Below are positions 1 to 8,356 of a DNA stretch of 64,000 nt, one piece after another. Origin of the DNA: Candidatus Limnocylindria bacterium (GTDB lineage: Bacteria; Chloroflexota; Limnocylindria; P2-11E); NCBI GenBank assembly GCA_038207785.1, contig JBBQZK010000005.1, forward strand, positions 318-64,317, in the 5' to 3' direction. The notes under the pieces are model-generated. The model was not told where the DNA came from and searched no databases. It saw only the letters and a program-made list of their open reading frames with translations. Made by a program: the position numbers and the translations under genes. Every line of letters starts with the position of its first letter. Position 1 is the first letter of the stretch.

Positions 1-5
1 CCGCC

Positions 6-863
6 GTGCCGGTCCGCCTCGCGATCCCGCTCCGGGACGACGCGGTCGCGCTCGCGATGCCGGCGGCCCTCGCCGGCGCCTCCTGTTATTCCGTCAAAGT
101 CGTGAGCGTCGCTCCCCGGAACGCCGCCGCCGGCCTCCCGGTCCTGTCCGCGACCGTGCTCCTGGGTGACGCGGTCACCGGGGAGCTCCTGGCGCTGATC
201 GACGGGGCCGCCCTCACCGCGCTCCGGACGGGCGCGGCCGGAGGGGTCGCGGCCCGTGAGCTCAGCCGGCGCGGCGCCCGACGGCTGGCCCTGTTCGGCG
301 CCGGGGCCCAGGCCCGGACCCAGCTCCTTTCCGTCGCTACCGTCCGGCCGGTCACCGAGGCCCGCGTCGTCACGCGCGACCCGGCCCACGTCGCCGCGTT
401 CCGGGCGTGGGCCGGCGCGCAGCCGGAGCTCGCAGGCGTGGCCGTGCGGTCGGCGACGGCGCGGGAGGCGGTGGCGGACGCCGACATCGTCGTCACCGCT
501 ACGACGAGCCACACCCCGGTCTTCGAGGGAGCCTGGCTCGCTGAAGGCGCGCACCTCACCGCAGTCGGCTCGTTCACCCACGCGATGCGCGAGCTCGACG
601 AGGAAGCCCTGCGTGACGCACGGATCGTCGTCGACCAGCGCGCTGCCGCGCTCGCCGAAGCGGGAGAGCTGCGCGGCCGCCGGGCGGAAGACCTCATCGA
701 GCTGGGCGAGATCCTGGCCGGCCGGTCGCCCGGACGCGAAACGGATGGCCAGCGCACCGTCTTCAAGAGCGTGGGCAGCGCCATCCAGGATCTGGTCGTC
801 GCGGCGCGCGCGTACGAGCATGCCCAGGTCCTGGGCATCGGTCTGGAGCTCGCCTTCCCATGA
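6..863 (+). CDS. Ornithine cyclodeaminase/mu-crystallin family protein (probably 5'-truncated by window edge)
   Basis: Motifs LTALRTGAAG, FGAGAQA (NAD-binding), DIVVTAT, HLTAVGS and FKSVGSAIQD. Confidence 0.9.
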   Translation: MPVRLAIPLRDDAVALAMPAALAGASCYSVKVVSVAPRNAAAGLPVLSATVLLGDAVTGELLALIDGAALTALRTGAAGGVAARELSRRGARRLALFGAGAQARTQLLSVATVRPVTEARVVTRDPAHVAAFRAWAGAQPELAGVAVRSATAREAVADADIVVTATTSHTPVFEGAWLAEGAHLTAVGSFTHAMRELDEEALRDARIVVDQRAAALAEAGELRGRRAEDLIELGEILAGRSPGRETDGQRTVFKSVGSAIQDLVVAARAYEHAQVLGIGLELAFP

Positions 864-1366
864 CCCTCCGCCGGCTTGGCGTCGCGGGGATCGTCGCGTG
901 CGTCGTCGCGCTCGCCTGGTATCTCGGCTCGCCCCTCTTCATCCGCACAACCGTGAACGAGGCGTTCCCGACGGGCCGGCCGACCATCGCCGCCGGGAGC
1001 GCGAGCGTCTCGGTGACGGCCCCGCCGCCGTCGCCACCGGTCACGCTCGCATCGGGGGAGCTCGGTCGCGTCGACGCGCTGCACAACGGGACGGGCACCG
1101 TGCTGCTCGTCCGCACTGGGGACGCCGTCGTCCTCCGGTTCGAGAACGTCTCGATCACCAATGCACCGGACGTCCACGTGTATCTGTCGCGCGAGCAGGG
1201 CGGCCAGTGGAACGAGGCCACGAGCGTGTACCTCGGCCCGCTCAAAGCGACGAACGGCTCCTTTAACTACATCGTGCCCCCGGACCAGAACATCTCGCTC
1301 GATCGGAGCGTGGTGGTGTGGTGCCGGCAGTTCTCGGTGCTCGTCACCTGGGCCGACCTGCATTGA
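860..1366 (+). CDS. DM13 domain secreted/membrane-anchored protein
   Basis: N-terminal TM segment and Pro-rich linker, then PDVHVYLS, LGPLKATNGSFNY and VVVWCRQFSV. ATGA overlap with the upstream stop. Confidence 0.8.
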   Translation: MTLRRLGVAGIVACVVALAWYLGSPLFIRTTVNEAFPTGRPTIAAGSASVSVTAPPPSPPVTLASGELGRVDALHNGTGTVLLVRTGDAVVLRFENVSITNAPDVHVYLSREQGGQWNEATSVYLGPLKATNGSFNYIVPPDQNISLDRSVVVWCRQFSVLVTWADLH

Positions 1367-1383
1367 CGCCCGCCGCCACGCAG

Positions 1384-2139
1384 ATGCGCGGCGCGAAGAA
1401 GCGGGTCGCGAAGAAGAAGCCCTACGCCGCGAAGGCGACCCCTGAGCAGAGAGCCCGCGCCCGCGCGATCCTCGGCCGGCTCGTGCACGCGTACCCGGAC
1501 TGGGGCCCGACGCTCGAGTTCGCCGACCCGCTCCAGCTCCTGGTCGCGACGATCCTCGCCGCGCAGGCCCAGGACGAGCGGGTCAACCAGCTGACCCGCA
1601 CGGTCGTATTCCGGAAGTACCGGACCGCTGCCGACTACGTCTCGGCTCGGACCTCCGTCCTCGAGCGCGAGCTGCGGCCCACCGGATTCTTCCGGCAGAA
1701 GACGAAGGCGGTCCAAGGAGCGGCCCTCGGCATCGTCGAACGGTTCGGCGGGGAGGTCCCCGGCGATATGGAAGGCCTCACCTCGCTGCACGGGGTCGGC
1801 CGGAAGACCGCCTCGATCGTCCTGGCGAACGCGTTCGGCGTCCCCTCGATCGCTGTCGACCGGCATGTCGCCCGGGTCGCCGGGCGGCTCCGCTTCACCC
1901 GCCGAGCGGACCCCGACGACATCGAGCAGGACCTCCGAGCGATCTACCCGGAGAAAGATTGGGTCAAGGCGACCTGGAATTTGATCCTGCATGGACGCCG
2001 GATCTGCAATCCGACCCCCAAGTGCCCCGTCTGCCCGGTCATCGATCTCTGTCCCTACCCGCACAAGACGAAGGCGGTCAGCTCCGCGTCGACACCCATC
2101 CGCCGGCCGATCCGCACAGCAACATCAACACGTCGCTGA
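1384..2139 (+). CDS. nth: Endonuclease III (HhH-GPD, 4Fe-4S)
   Basis: LLVATILAAQAQD, HhH LHGVGRKTA, VDRHV, HGRRIC...CPVC...C. ATG at 1384 chosen within ORF 1318..2139. Confidence 0.9.
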   Translation: MRGAKKRVAKKKPYAAKATPEQRARARAILGRLVHAYPDWGPTLEFADPLQLLVATILAAQAQDERVNQLTRTVVFRKYRTAADYVSARTSVLERELRPTGFFRQKTKAVQGAALGIVERFGGEVPGDMEGLTSLHGVGRKTASIVLANAFGVPSIAVDRHVARVAGRLRFTRRADPDDIEQDLRAIYPEKDWVKATWNLILHGRRICNPTPKCPVCPVIDLCPYPHKTKAVSSASTPIRRPIRTATSTRR

Positions 2140-2422
2140 GCACGATGGTCAGCGTGTCAGCGAGGATGTTCGTGACGTTCGCATTGCCCGCGCTCGCCGC
2201 GATAGAGGCGATCACGATCGCGAGCACCGCGACCATGGCGCCGTGATACAGGCCGTGGCGGCCGGCCATGCGCCCCGCGATGTATCCGCCCGCGACGATG
2301 GCCACGAGCGTCCCGATCGCCGGAAACCCCAGGAAAAACGAGAGGATCGCTACCACAACTGATAGCGCCAGGCCGGCGGCCAGCGCGCGGACGTCGAGCT
2401 CGGGCATCGATCGTGTGGCCAT
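2078..2422 (-). CDS. Small multi-pass membrane protein
   Basis: About four hydrophobic segments including GGYIAGRMAG. TACGCT -10-like box 8 nt before the ATG at 2422. Confidence 0.7.
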   Translation of the reverse strand: MATRSMPELDVRALAAGLALSVVVAILSFFLGFPAIGTLVAIVAGGYIAGRMAGRHGLYHGAMVAVLAIVIASIAASAGNANVTNILADTLTIVLSDVLMLLCGSAGGWVSTRS

Positions 2423-2444
2423 CGCGCGACAGCGTACGTGGCCC

Positions 2445-2482
2445 AAAAAGAAACCGATCCGCTCAGGCCTAGAGCGGATCGG
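2445..2482 (-). terminator. Intrinsic terminator
   Basis: 11-bp stem CCGATCCGCTC/GAGCGGATCGG followed on the minus strand by TTTCTTTTT. Confidence 0.85.
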
Positions 2483-2555
2483 CGAGATCGCGAAAGGTGC
2501 CGGATCGAAGCTATGAATGAGCGACGACTTTCGTCGTCGCTAATGCTTCAAAGAG

Positions 2556-2618
2556 CTACTTCTTCTTCGAGGACTTCTTCTTGGCCGTCTTCTTGGCGGC
2601 CTTCTTCTTCGCTGGCAT
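2556..2618 (-). CDS. 20-aa lysine-rich peptide MPAKKKAAKKTAKKKSSKKK (below the ORF-track cutoff)
   Basis: ATG..TAG of 63 nt. SD AAGGGGGTGA 6 nt upstream. All 11 Lys are AAG. Followed by a hairpin and a terminator. Confidence 0.8.
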   Translation of the reverse strand: MPAKKKAAKKTAKKKSSKKK

Positions 2619-2650
2619 TGGAGATCACCCCCTTCTGGCCACGATTGTTC

Positions 2651-2687
2651 GCTATCTAGACATATCCGTACGCAATATGTCAATAGC
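2651..2687 (-). promoter_or_regulatory. Promoter -35 (TTGACA, 2683-2678) inside an inverted repeat
   Basis: GACATAT-N9-ATATGTC with outer GCTAT/ATAGC arms. The -10 box is not clear. Confidence 0.45.
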
Positions 2688-2926
2688 TACTGCGGTGCGT
2701 CGAGCTCCATCCGGAGGCGGGCGACGATGCGGCTTCGCAGCGCTCCAGGTGCGACATCCTCGTGGCAGCAGTCACGGACCCGGGCCAGGAAGCGCTCTTC
2801 GACGACGAACTCGTCCTCGCAGCCCCCGCAGTCGTCGAGGTGCACGCGCACTTCCGCGACCTCGGTGGACGAGAGCTCCCGGTCGAGGTACGGGTACAGG
2901 CGCTCGAGGCAGTCGGTGCAGTCCAT
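2687..2926 (-). CDS. rsrA: Zinc-binding anti-sigma factor (RsrA/RshA-like)
   Basis: MDC..C, HLDDCGGC (HxxxCxxC ZAS motif) and RDCC. Lies directly after the sigma gene. Confidence 0.85.
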   Translation of the reverse strand: MDCTDCLERLYPYLDRELSSTEVAEVRVHLDDCGGCEDEFVVEERFLARVRDCCHEDVAPGALRSRIVARLRMELDAPQ

Positions 2927-2935
2927 CGCGTACCC

Positions 2936-3517
2936 CTAGTCCGCCGGCCGCGGCATCGACCGCGCGGCAACGATCCCGCGGTCGCGGGCGACGTCGTACA
3001 GGCGCTTCTGGAGGAACTTCCGGCCGCGGTGGAGCCGGCTCATGACCGTCCCGATCGGGATCTCCAGCATCTCGGCGATCTCCTTATAGGAGAACCCCTC
3101 GACGTCCAGGAGGAGGGTCGTCCGGAACTTCTCGGGCAGCGCCTCGAGCGCCTCCTTCACCTCGCTCGAGAGGGTGCTGTCGATGAGCTCCGCCTCCGGG
3201 TCCGGCGACGCCGACCCCGGGCTCACGTTGCGCATGTGCCGGTAGAGGATCGACTCCTCGACGTCGTCGAGCTCGGTCGTCTCCGGCCGCGCCGCCTTGC
3301 GGCGGTACTGGTTGATGAAGGTGTTGGTCAGGATCCGGAACAGCCAGGCCTTCAGGTTGGTCCCGGGCGTGAACTGCTCCTTGAAGCGGAAGGCACGGAT
3401 GTAGGTCTCCTGCACGAGATCCTCGGCTTCGGCTTCCGAGCGGGTCATACGCAGTGCAGTCCGGTACAGCGCGTCAAGGAAGGAGAGCGCCTCGCTCTCG
3501 AAGGGGTCGGCCGCCAT
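2936..3517 (-). CDS. sigR: ECF sigma factor, SigR/SigH-like
   Basis: [56 protein letters not shown]. Confidence 0.88.
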   Translation of the reverse strand: MAADPFESEALSFLDALYRTALRMTRSEAEAEDLVQETYIRAFRFKEQFTPGTNLKAWLFRILTNTFINQYRRKAARPETTELDDVEESILYRHMRNVSPGSASPDPEAELIDSTLSSEVKEALEALPEKFRTTLLLDVEGFSYKEIAEMLEIPIGTVMSRLHRGRKFLQKRLYDVARDRGIVAARSMPRPAD

Positions 3518-3523
3518 CGGCTC

Positions 3524-3560
3524 ACTCTACGCGAACACATCCGCTACCCCCGCGCATTCC
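3524..3560 (-). promoter_or_regulatory. Tandem promoters of the sigma gene: GGAAT-N19-GTT (SigR-type) and TAGAGT -10 box 6 nt before the ATG
   Basis: Read directly: GGAAT at 3560-3556, GTT at 3536-3534, TAGAGT at 3529-3524. Confidence 0.55.
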
Positions 3561-3580
3561 GGGGCTAGCATCGCGCGGTC

Positions 3581-5434
3581 ATGAGCAGCGTCGACGAGGA
3601 ACGGAGCCGGAGACTTCGGAGCGTCGATCTGACGTCCGGCCTCGACCGCGTCGCGCTCGCCCGGCTCGCCGCGTACATGGATCCGGTGACCGTGAACGCA
3701 GGCGACGTCCTCTTCAGCGAAGGGGACAGTGGCGACGCGCTGTTCATCGTCGTGCAGGGCACGTTCGGGGTATTCGCCGGACCCGACGGCCAGCGGCTCA
3801 ACACCATTGGCCCGGGTCATTACGTGGGCGAGCTCGCGCTGCTGATCGACGAGCCGCGGACCGCGACGATCCGCGCCGACAGCGACGGCGAGGTGCTGCG
3901 TCTGGAGCGCCAGCAGTTCGTCGAGCTGCTCGATCGCGACGCGGGCGCGGCGAAAGCGGTCGCGACGACGTTGGCCCGACGGCTTCGGCGCCGCGACGGA
4001 GCGTTGCCCGATGAGAGCGCGGCCGTCGTCATTGGGCCGCTCCGCGCCGTGAAGCCCTCCCGCCGTCCGGTGACAAAGGCTGTCGGTCTCATCCTCGCGG
4101 CCGGTCTCGTGAGCCTGACGCTCTCACCGCTCATCGACCTCGCTCAATGGCGCTTCTCGCTGCTCCTCCTCGCGGCGGTCGTGCTCTGGATGACCGAGCC
4201 GGTGCCGAACGTCGTGGTATCGCTCGGGTTGGTCGCGGCCTTGATCGTGAGCGGCATCGTGCCGCCCTACGCCACCGTGCACGGCTTCGCGTCGGTGAAC
4301 TGGGTCTTCGTGCTCTCGGTGCTCGGTGTCGCAGCCGCCGTCGCGCGATCGGGTCTGCTGCTGCGCCTCGGGCTCCTCCTCATCGAGCGCGTGCCCGCAC
4401 GGATCGGGTGGCAATCCGCGGCGTTCCTCATCACCGGCATCGTGCTGACGCCGATGCTGCCACTGGCCATGGCCCGCGCGGCGATCACCGCGCCGCTCGC
4501 GGAAGGGGTCGCCGACACGATGAAGCTGCCCGAGCGCTCGCCGGCGAGCGCGACGCTCGGGCTCTCGGCCTGGATCGGCTCGGGACCGTTCATCTTCCTG
4601 TTCCTCAACGGCTCTCCGGTCTGCCTACTGGCCTGGAGCCTCATGCCCCTGAAGGACCAGGCGCAGTTCACGTGGCTGCAGTGGCTCATCTCGGCCGCTC
4701 CGCTCGCGGCGATCATCGCCATCGGCTCATTCTTCGCGATGCGGGTGCTGATGCCGAGCGGGCACGTCGCCCCACGGTCGCGCGGGCCGCTGCGCCTGCA
4801 GCGGGCGATCCTCGGGCCTCCGTCCCGACGCGAGCTCGCGATCCTTGTGATCGTCCTCCTCATGCTCGCGGGCTGGATCGTGGCGCCGACGTTCCTGTGG
4901 TCGCCGGGACTGGTCGCGCTCGTCGCATTCATCGCCGTGATGATCGCGACGGGTGTATCGGACCTTCGGAACCTGGACTGGGAGTACCTCGTGTTCTTCG
5001 GCGTCGCGCTTTCGGTCGCCGATGTCGCGGAGGGTCTGCGCCTGGACAAGATCGTCGGCGAGAGCGCGGCCTCATTCCTGGCGCAGCTTGGCCTCGGCGG
5101 TCCGGCCTTCGTCATCCTCGCGGGCGTGCTCACTGTCGTCGTGAAGTCGGTGCTTCCCGCGGATCAGGCGATCCTGCTGCTGTCGCTCGCGCTCATTCCG
5201 GTCGCGACAGCGGTCGGCGTCAGCCCGTGGCTGGCCGCGGTCGCGATCCTCGCGCTGGGCCTCAGCTGGCACGTGCCGGCGCAGTCGCCCGAGTACCTCG
5301 TCGCGTATGGCGCGGGCCACGAACGCCTCTGGTCGCACGCGCAGGCACGTCGCATCGCGTTCGCCTATGCGGCGGTCGCGCTCGCCGGCCTCGCACTCTC
5401 GCTCCCGTACTGGCATCTGCTCGGCTACCTCTAG
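3581..5434 (+). CDS. cNMP-binding domain fused to a DASS/SLC13-family transporter
   Basis: LFSEGDSGD..GELALL..PRTATIRA, then about 12-14 TM segments with WMTEPVP, SGLLLRLGL and TPMLP..MAR. Confidence 0.8.
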   Translation: MSSVDEERSRRLRSVDLTSGLDRVALARLAAYMDPVTVNAGDVLFSEGDSGDALFIVVQGTFGVFAGPDGQRLNTIGPGHYVGELALLIDEPRTATIRADSDGEVLRLERQQFVELLDRDAGAAKAVATTLARRLRRRDGALPDESAAVVIGPLRAVKPSRRPVTKAVGLILAAGLVSLTLSPLIDLAQWRFSLLLLAAVVLWMTEPVPNVVVSLGLVAALIVSGIVPPYATVHGFASVNWVFVLSVLGVAAAVARSGLLLRLGLLLIERVPARIGWQSAAFLITGIVLTPMLPLAMARAAITAPLAEGVADTMKLPERSPASATLGLSAWIGSGPFIFLFLNGSPVCLLAWSLMPLKDQAQFTWLQWLISAAPLAAIIAIGSFFAMRVLMPSGHVAPRSRGPLRLQRAILGPPSRRELAILVIVLLMLAGWIVAPTFLWSPGLVALVAFIAVMIATGVSDLRNLDWEYLVFFGVALSVADVAEGLRLDKIVGESAASFLAQLGLGGPAFVILAGVLTVVVKSVLPADQAILLLSLALIPVATAVGVSPWLAAVAILALGLSWHVPAQSPEYLVAYGAGHERLWSHAQARRIAFAYAAVALAGLALSLPYWHLLGYL

Positions 5435-5437
5435 CCC

Positions 5438-6112
5438 GTGGCCGCCACCCTTCGCGCCAGGATCCGCCAGATCGCAGCGCGCCTCCGGCGCGCGTACGGT
5501 CCGCCGCCCGCGCCCCGGCGGCTGCCCCCGCTCGATGAGCTCGTGCTCACCATCCTGTCGCAGAACACGAACGACACGAACCGCGATCGGGCGTACGCGG
5601 ATCTGCGCGGCAGGCTGCCGGCGTGGGACGACGTCGCCGATGCGCCCCTGCCGGTGATCGAGCGGGCCATCCGGCGTGGCGGCCTGGCGCCGACGAAGGC
5701 GCCGCGCATCCGCGCCGTGCTGCGCGCCCTCCGCGATCGTGGCATCGCGCTCGACGATCGCGCGCTCCGCCGCATCCGGCACGACCGGCTGTTCGCCTTG
5801 CTGATCGGCCTGCCCGGTGTCGGCCCGAAGACGGCGGCGTGCGTCCTGTTGTTCTCGCTCGACCGGCCGTATTTCCCGGTCGACACGCACGTGCACCGTG
5901 TGGCGATACGCCTCGGGCTCGTCCCACCGAAGGCGACGGCCGTGCGGACGCAGGAAACGCTGCAGGCCGCGCTCGCAGCCGAGCAGATGTACGAGGTGCA
6001 CATGAACCTGATCCGCCACGGGCGGCACGTGTGCGTCGCGCTGCGCCCGATCTGCTCGCAGTGCGTGGTCAATGAACTCTGCCCGAAGATCGGGGTCGTC
6101 CGCTCGCGCTGA
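5438..6112 (+). CDS. Second endonuclease III-like HhH-GPD glycosylase
   Basis: TILSQNTND, LPGVGPKTA, VDTHV, HGRHVC-X6-C-X2-C-X5-C. Confidence 0.85.
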   Translation: MAATLRARIRQIAARLRRAYGPPPAPRRLPPLDELVLTILSQNTNDTNRDRAYADLRGRLPAWDDVADAPLPVIERAIRRGGLAPTKAPRIRAVLRALRDRGIALDDRALRRIRHDRLFALLIGLPGVGPKTAACVLLFSLDRPYFPVDTHVHRVAIRLGLVPPKATAVRTQETLQAALAAEQMYEVHMNLIRHGRHVCVALRPICSQCVVNELCPKIGVVRSR

Positions 6113-6251
6113 GAGCAAGCGGTGGCGCGCTTGCCTGCGTTACGCGATCGCTGCCACCACGACGTCATCTACGACCGCGTTACACGCCGTCCCGGCAACG
6201 AACCTGCTTGCTACAGGGACGGCGCACGTTCGCGCCCAGGAGAGACATCAG

Positions 6252-6812
6252 ATGAAGCAGCCCCAGGAAAAGATGACCACGCGTTCGCATTACGTCGGTG
6301 TGTTCGACGACCGCAACGACGCCGAGCTCGCGGCGCGCGACCTTCGCGACGGTGGATTCAAGGACGACCAGATTGGGTACGCCTGGAAGGACGACTCCGG
6401 CAAGACCCGCACGGAAGGCAACAAGTCCGGTGAGCTCGCAGCCTCGGGCGCGGGCACGGGCGTCGTGCTCGGTGGCCTCATCGGCGCCGGCGCCGCGCTC
6501 CTCATCCCGGGCATCGGGCCCGTCATCTCCGGCGGCATCCTCGCCACCGCCCTCGCGGGTGGCGTGACCGGCGCGGTGACCGGTGCCGTGGCCGGCGGCG
6601 TCAGCGGTGCCCTCCTCGGCCTTGGGATCCCCAAGGAAGAGGCGGACTACTACGACCAGCAGTTCCGCGATGGCCGCACGCTCATGACCGTGAAGGCCGA
6701 TGACAAGTACAGCAATGCGAGTGACATCGTTCGTCGCCGCAACGGGTACGACTACGAGACCCGCAACGACCGTCCGGTCAAGGGCACCAAGACCACCGAA
6801 GTCAACCGGTAG
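6252..6812 (+). CDS. General stress protein (YflT/17M-like with Gly-rich hydrophobic hairpin)
   Basis: SD AGGAG before the ATG at 6252. VGVFDD..AE.A..DL, GGLIGAGAALLIPGIGPV, LGIPKEEA.YY. Confidence 0.75.
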   Translation: MKQPQEKMTTRSHYVGVFDDRNDAELAARDLRDGGFKDDQIGYAWKDDSGKTRTEGNKSGELAASGAGTGVVLGGLIGAGAALLIPGIGPVISGGILATALAGGVTGAVTGAVAGGVSGALLGLGIPKEEADYYDQQFRDGRTLMTVKADDKYSNASDIVRRRNGYDYETRNDRPVKGTKTTEVNR

Positions 6813-6835
6813 ATCCAGCAGTACGCGCGTTCCAG

Positions 6836-6863
6836 AGGAGGCCCGCCGATCGGCGGGCCTCCT
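6836..6863. terminator. Probable bidirectional terminator
   Basis: Perfect 28-bp palindrome AGGAGGCCCGCCGATCGGCGGGCCTCCT between convergent genes, followed by GTTCGTTC. Confidence 0.75.
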
Positions 6864-6870
6864 GTTCGTT

Positions 6871-8319
6871 CTACGTGCGGAGGACCTCTGGCTCGAACCG
6901 CGGGCCGGCCATCTCCCGGTCGAGCGGGAATATCGGCCGGTCGAGTCCCTGGTACGGGAGTCGCACGATGTGCTGGTCGACCCCGCCGGGCGTGAGCGCG
7001 ATGACCCAGCCCTTCGCCGCGTCGAACAGCTCCGGCACGAGATAGCCGACCTTCACCACAGTGAGATCGTGGTCGACCGGATCGAGCCCGAGCTCCGTGA
7101 AGTCCGCGATGCGGTGGTACGGCTTGCGCCGCGTCGTGAGGATGGCCCGCACTCCGCCCGCGGCGACGACCACGATGTCCCCTCCCACCGGATCCGAGGG
7201 TCGTACGTGGTGCACCGTGCCGCGGAGCGGCACCGACCATTGGGAGCCGAAGGTGCCGCCGACCCGAACCGAAACGGCACCACCCAGGCCGGCCCGGACG
7301 CATGCGGCCACCCCGGCCGGATCGACGCAGCTCGCCCAGATCGCGGTCGCCTGTCCACCACAGATCCGCGGCTCGTCGAGGAGCTGACCGAGCATGTACG
7401 CGGCGTCGCCGGCACCGCCGGCCGTCGGGTTATCGCCCGAGTCACTGATGAAGAACGGACGCTCCGGCCGCGAGAGACCGTTCGCGATGCAGGACGCCGC
7501 ATCGGCCGCAGGTGCGCTGAAGTCGAATCGCGCGCGCGCGTCCCAGTAGCGCTGCGCCAGCTCCCGTGCGGCATCCGTGACCACGGCCGGGTCGGTGCCC
7601 GTCACGACCACCGCGGCGCCGCACCGCGGCTCGTCCGCCCACGCGTAGCCGATCCAGACCGCGGCGTCGATGACGCCGTCGCGGGCTGCGATCGCCGGCA
7701 ACGACCCGTAGATGCCACGAGCCGGCTCGTCCCGTGTGCAGGCGCGCTCGCCGGGCAGCAGCACGGGCACGCGGACCCACGCGCGCAGCGGACGGGTGCC
7801 ACGGTCCAAACAGGCGACCAGGTTCGCCACTGCTCGGGTCTTCGTCTGCGCGGCGTCCTCATGCGGCGACATGCGATGGGAGGTCGCGAGATCGAGGGCG
7901 CCCGCGAGCCGGCGCGACATGTTCCCGTGCGGGTCCATTGACGCTGAGATGAGGCATCGCGATCCGGCGGCATCGCGGACCGCGGACGCGAGGTCACCTT
8001 CCGCGTCGGTCATGCCGGTCACGGTCATCGCGCCGTGGATGTCGAGGAAGATCCCGTCCAACGGCATCGCGCGCCGCAGACCGTCCAGGAGCTCGGCCTT
8101 GATCTCCTCGTAGAAGGGGCGCTCGACGACGCCACCCGGCAGAGCGCGCGCGTGCACGAGCGGCAGCCAGTCGATGTGCGCCGGCAGGTGGTCGTACCTG
8201 GCGAGCAGCTCGGAGCCGCGAACGACGGTGAAGTCCGCGGCGCCGCTGCGATGCGGGCTGAAGGTGCTCGATTCGATCGCCATGCCGCCGATGGCGACGC
8301 GCATCCGCGCTCCGGTCAT
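6871..8319 (-). CDS. M81 family (MlrC-like) metallopeptidase
   Basis: ESSTFSP, LDIHGAM, DAEGD, SMDPHGN, PHED, SDSGDNPTAGGAGD. Confidence 0.85.
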   Translation of the reverse strand: MTGARMRVAIGGMAIESSTFSPHRSGAADFTVVRGSELLARYDHLPAHIDWLPLVHARALPGGVVERPFYEEIKAELLDGLRRAMPLDGIFLDIHGAMTVTGMTDAEGDLASAVRDAAGSRCLISASMDPHGNMSRRLAGALDLATSHRMSPHEDAAQTKTRAVANLVACLDRGTRPLRAWVRVPVLLPGERACTRDEPARGIYGSLPAIAARDGVIDAAVWIGYAWADEPRCGAAVVVTGTDPAVVTDAARELAQRYWDARARFDFSAPAADAASCIANGLSRPERPFFISDSGDNPTAGGAGDAAYMLGQLLDEPRICGGQATAIWASCVDPAGVAACVRAGLGGAVSVRVGGTFGSQWSVPLRGTVHHVRPSDPVGGDIVVVAAGGVRAILTTRRKPYHRIADFTELGLDPVDHDLTVVKVGYLVPELFDAAKGWVIALTPGGVDQHIVRLPYQGLDRPIFPLDREMAGPRFEPEVLRT

Positions 8320-8356
8320 GCGGTGCGACTCTAGTCGGCGCACCGGGCGTGGCGGG

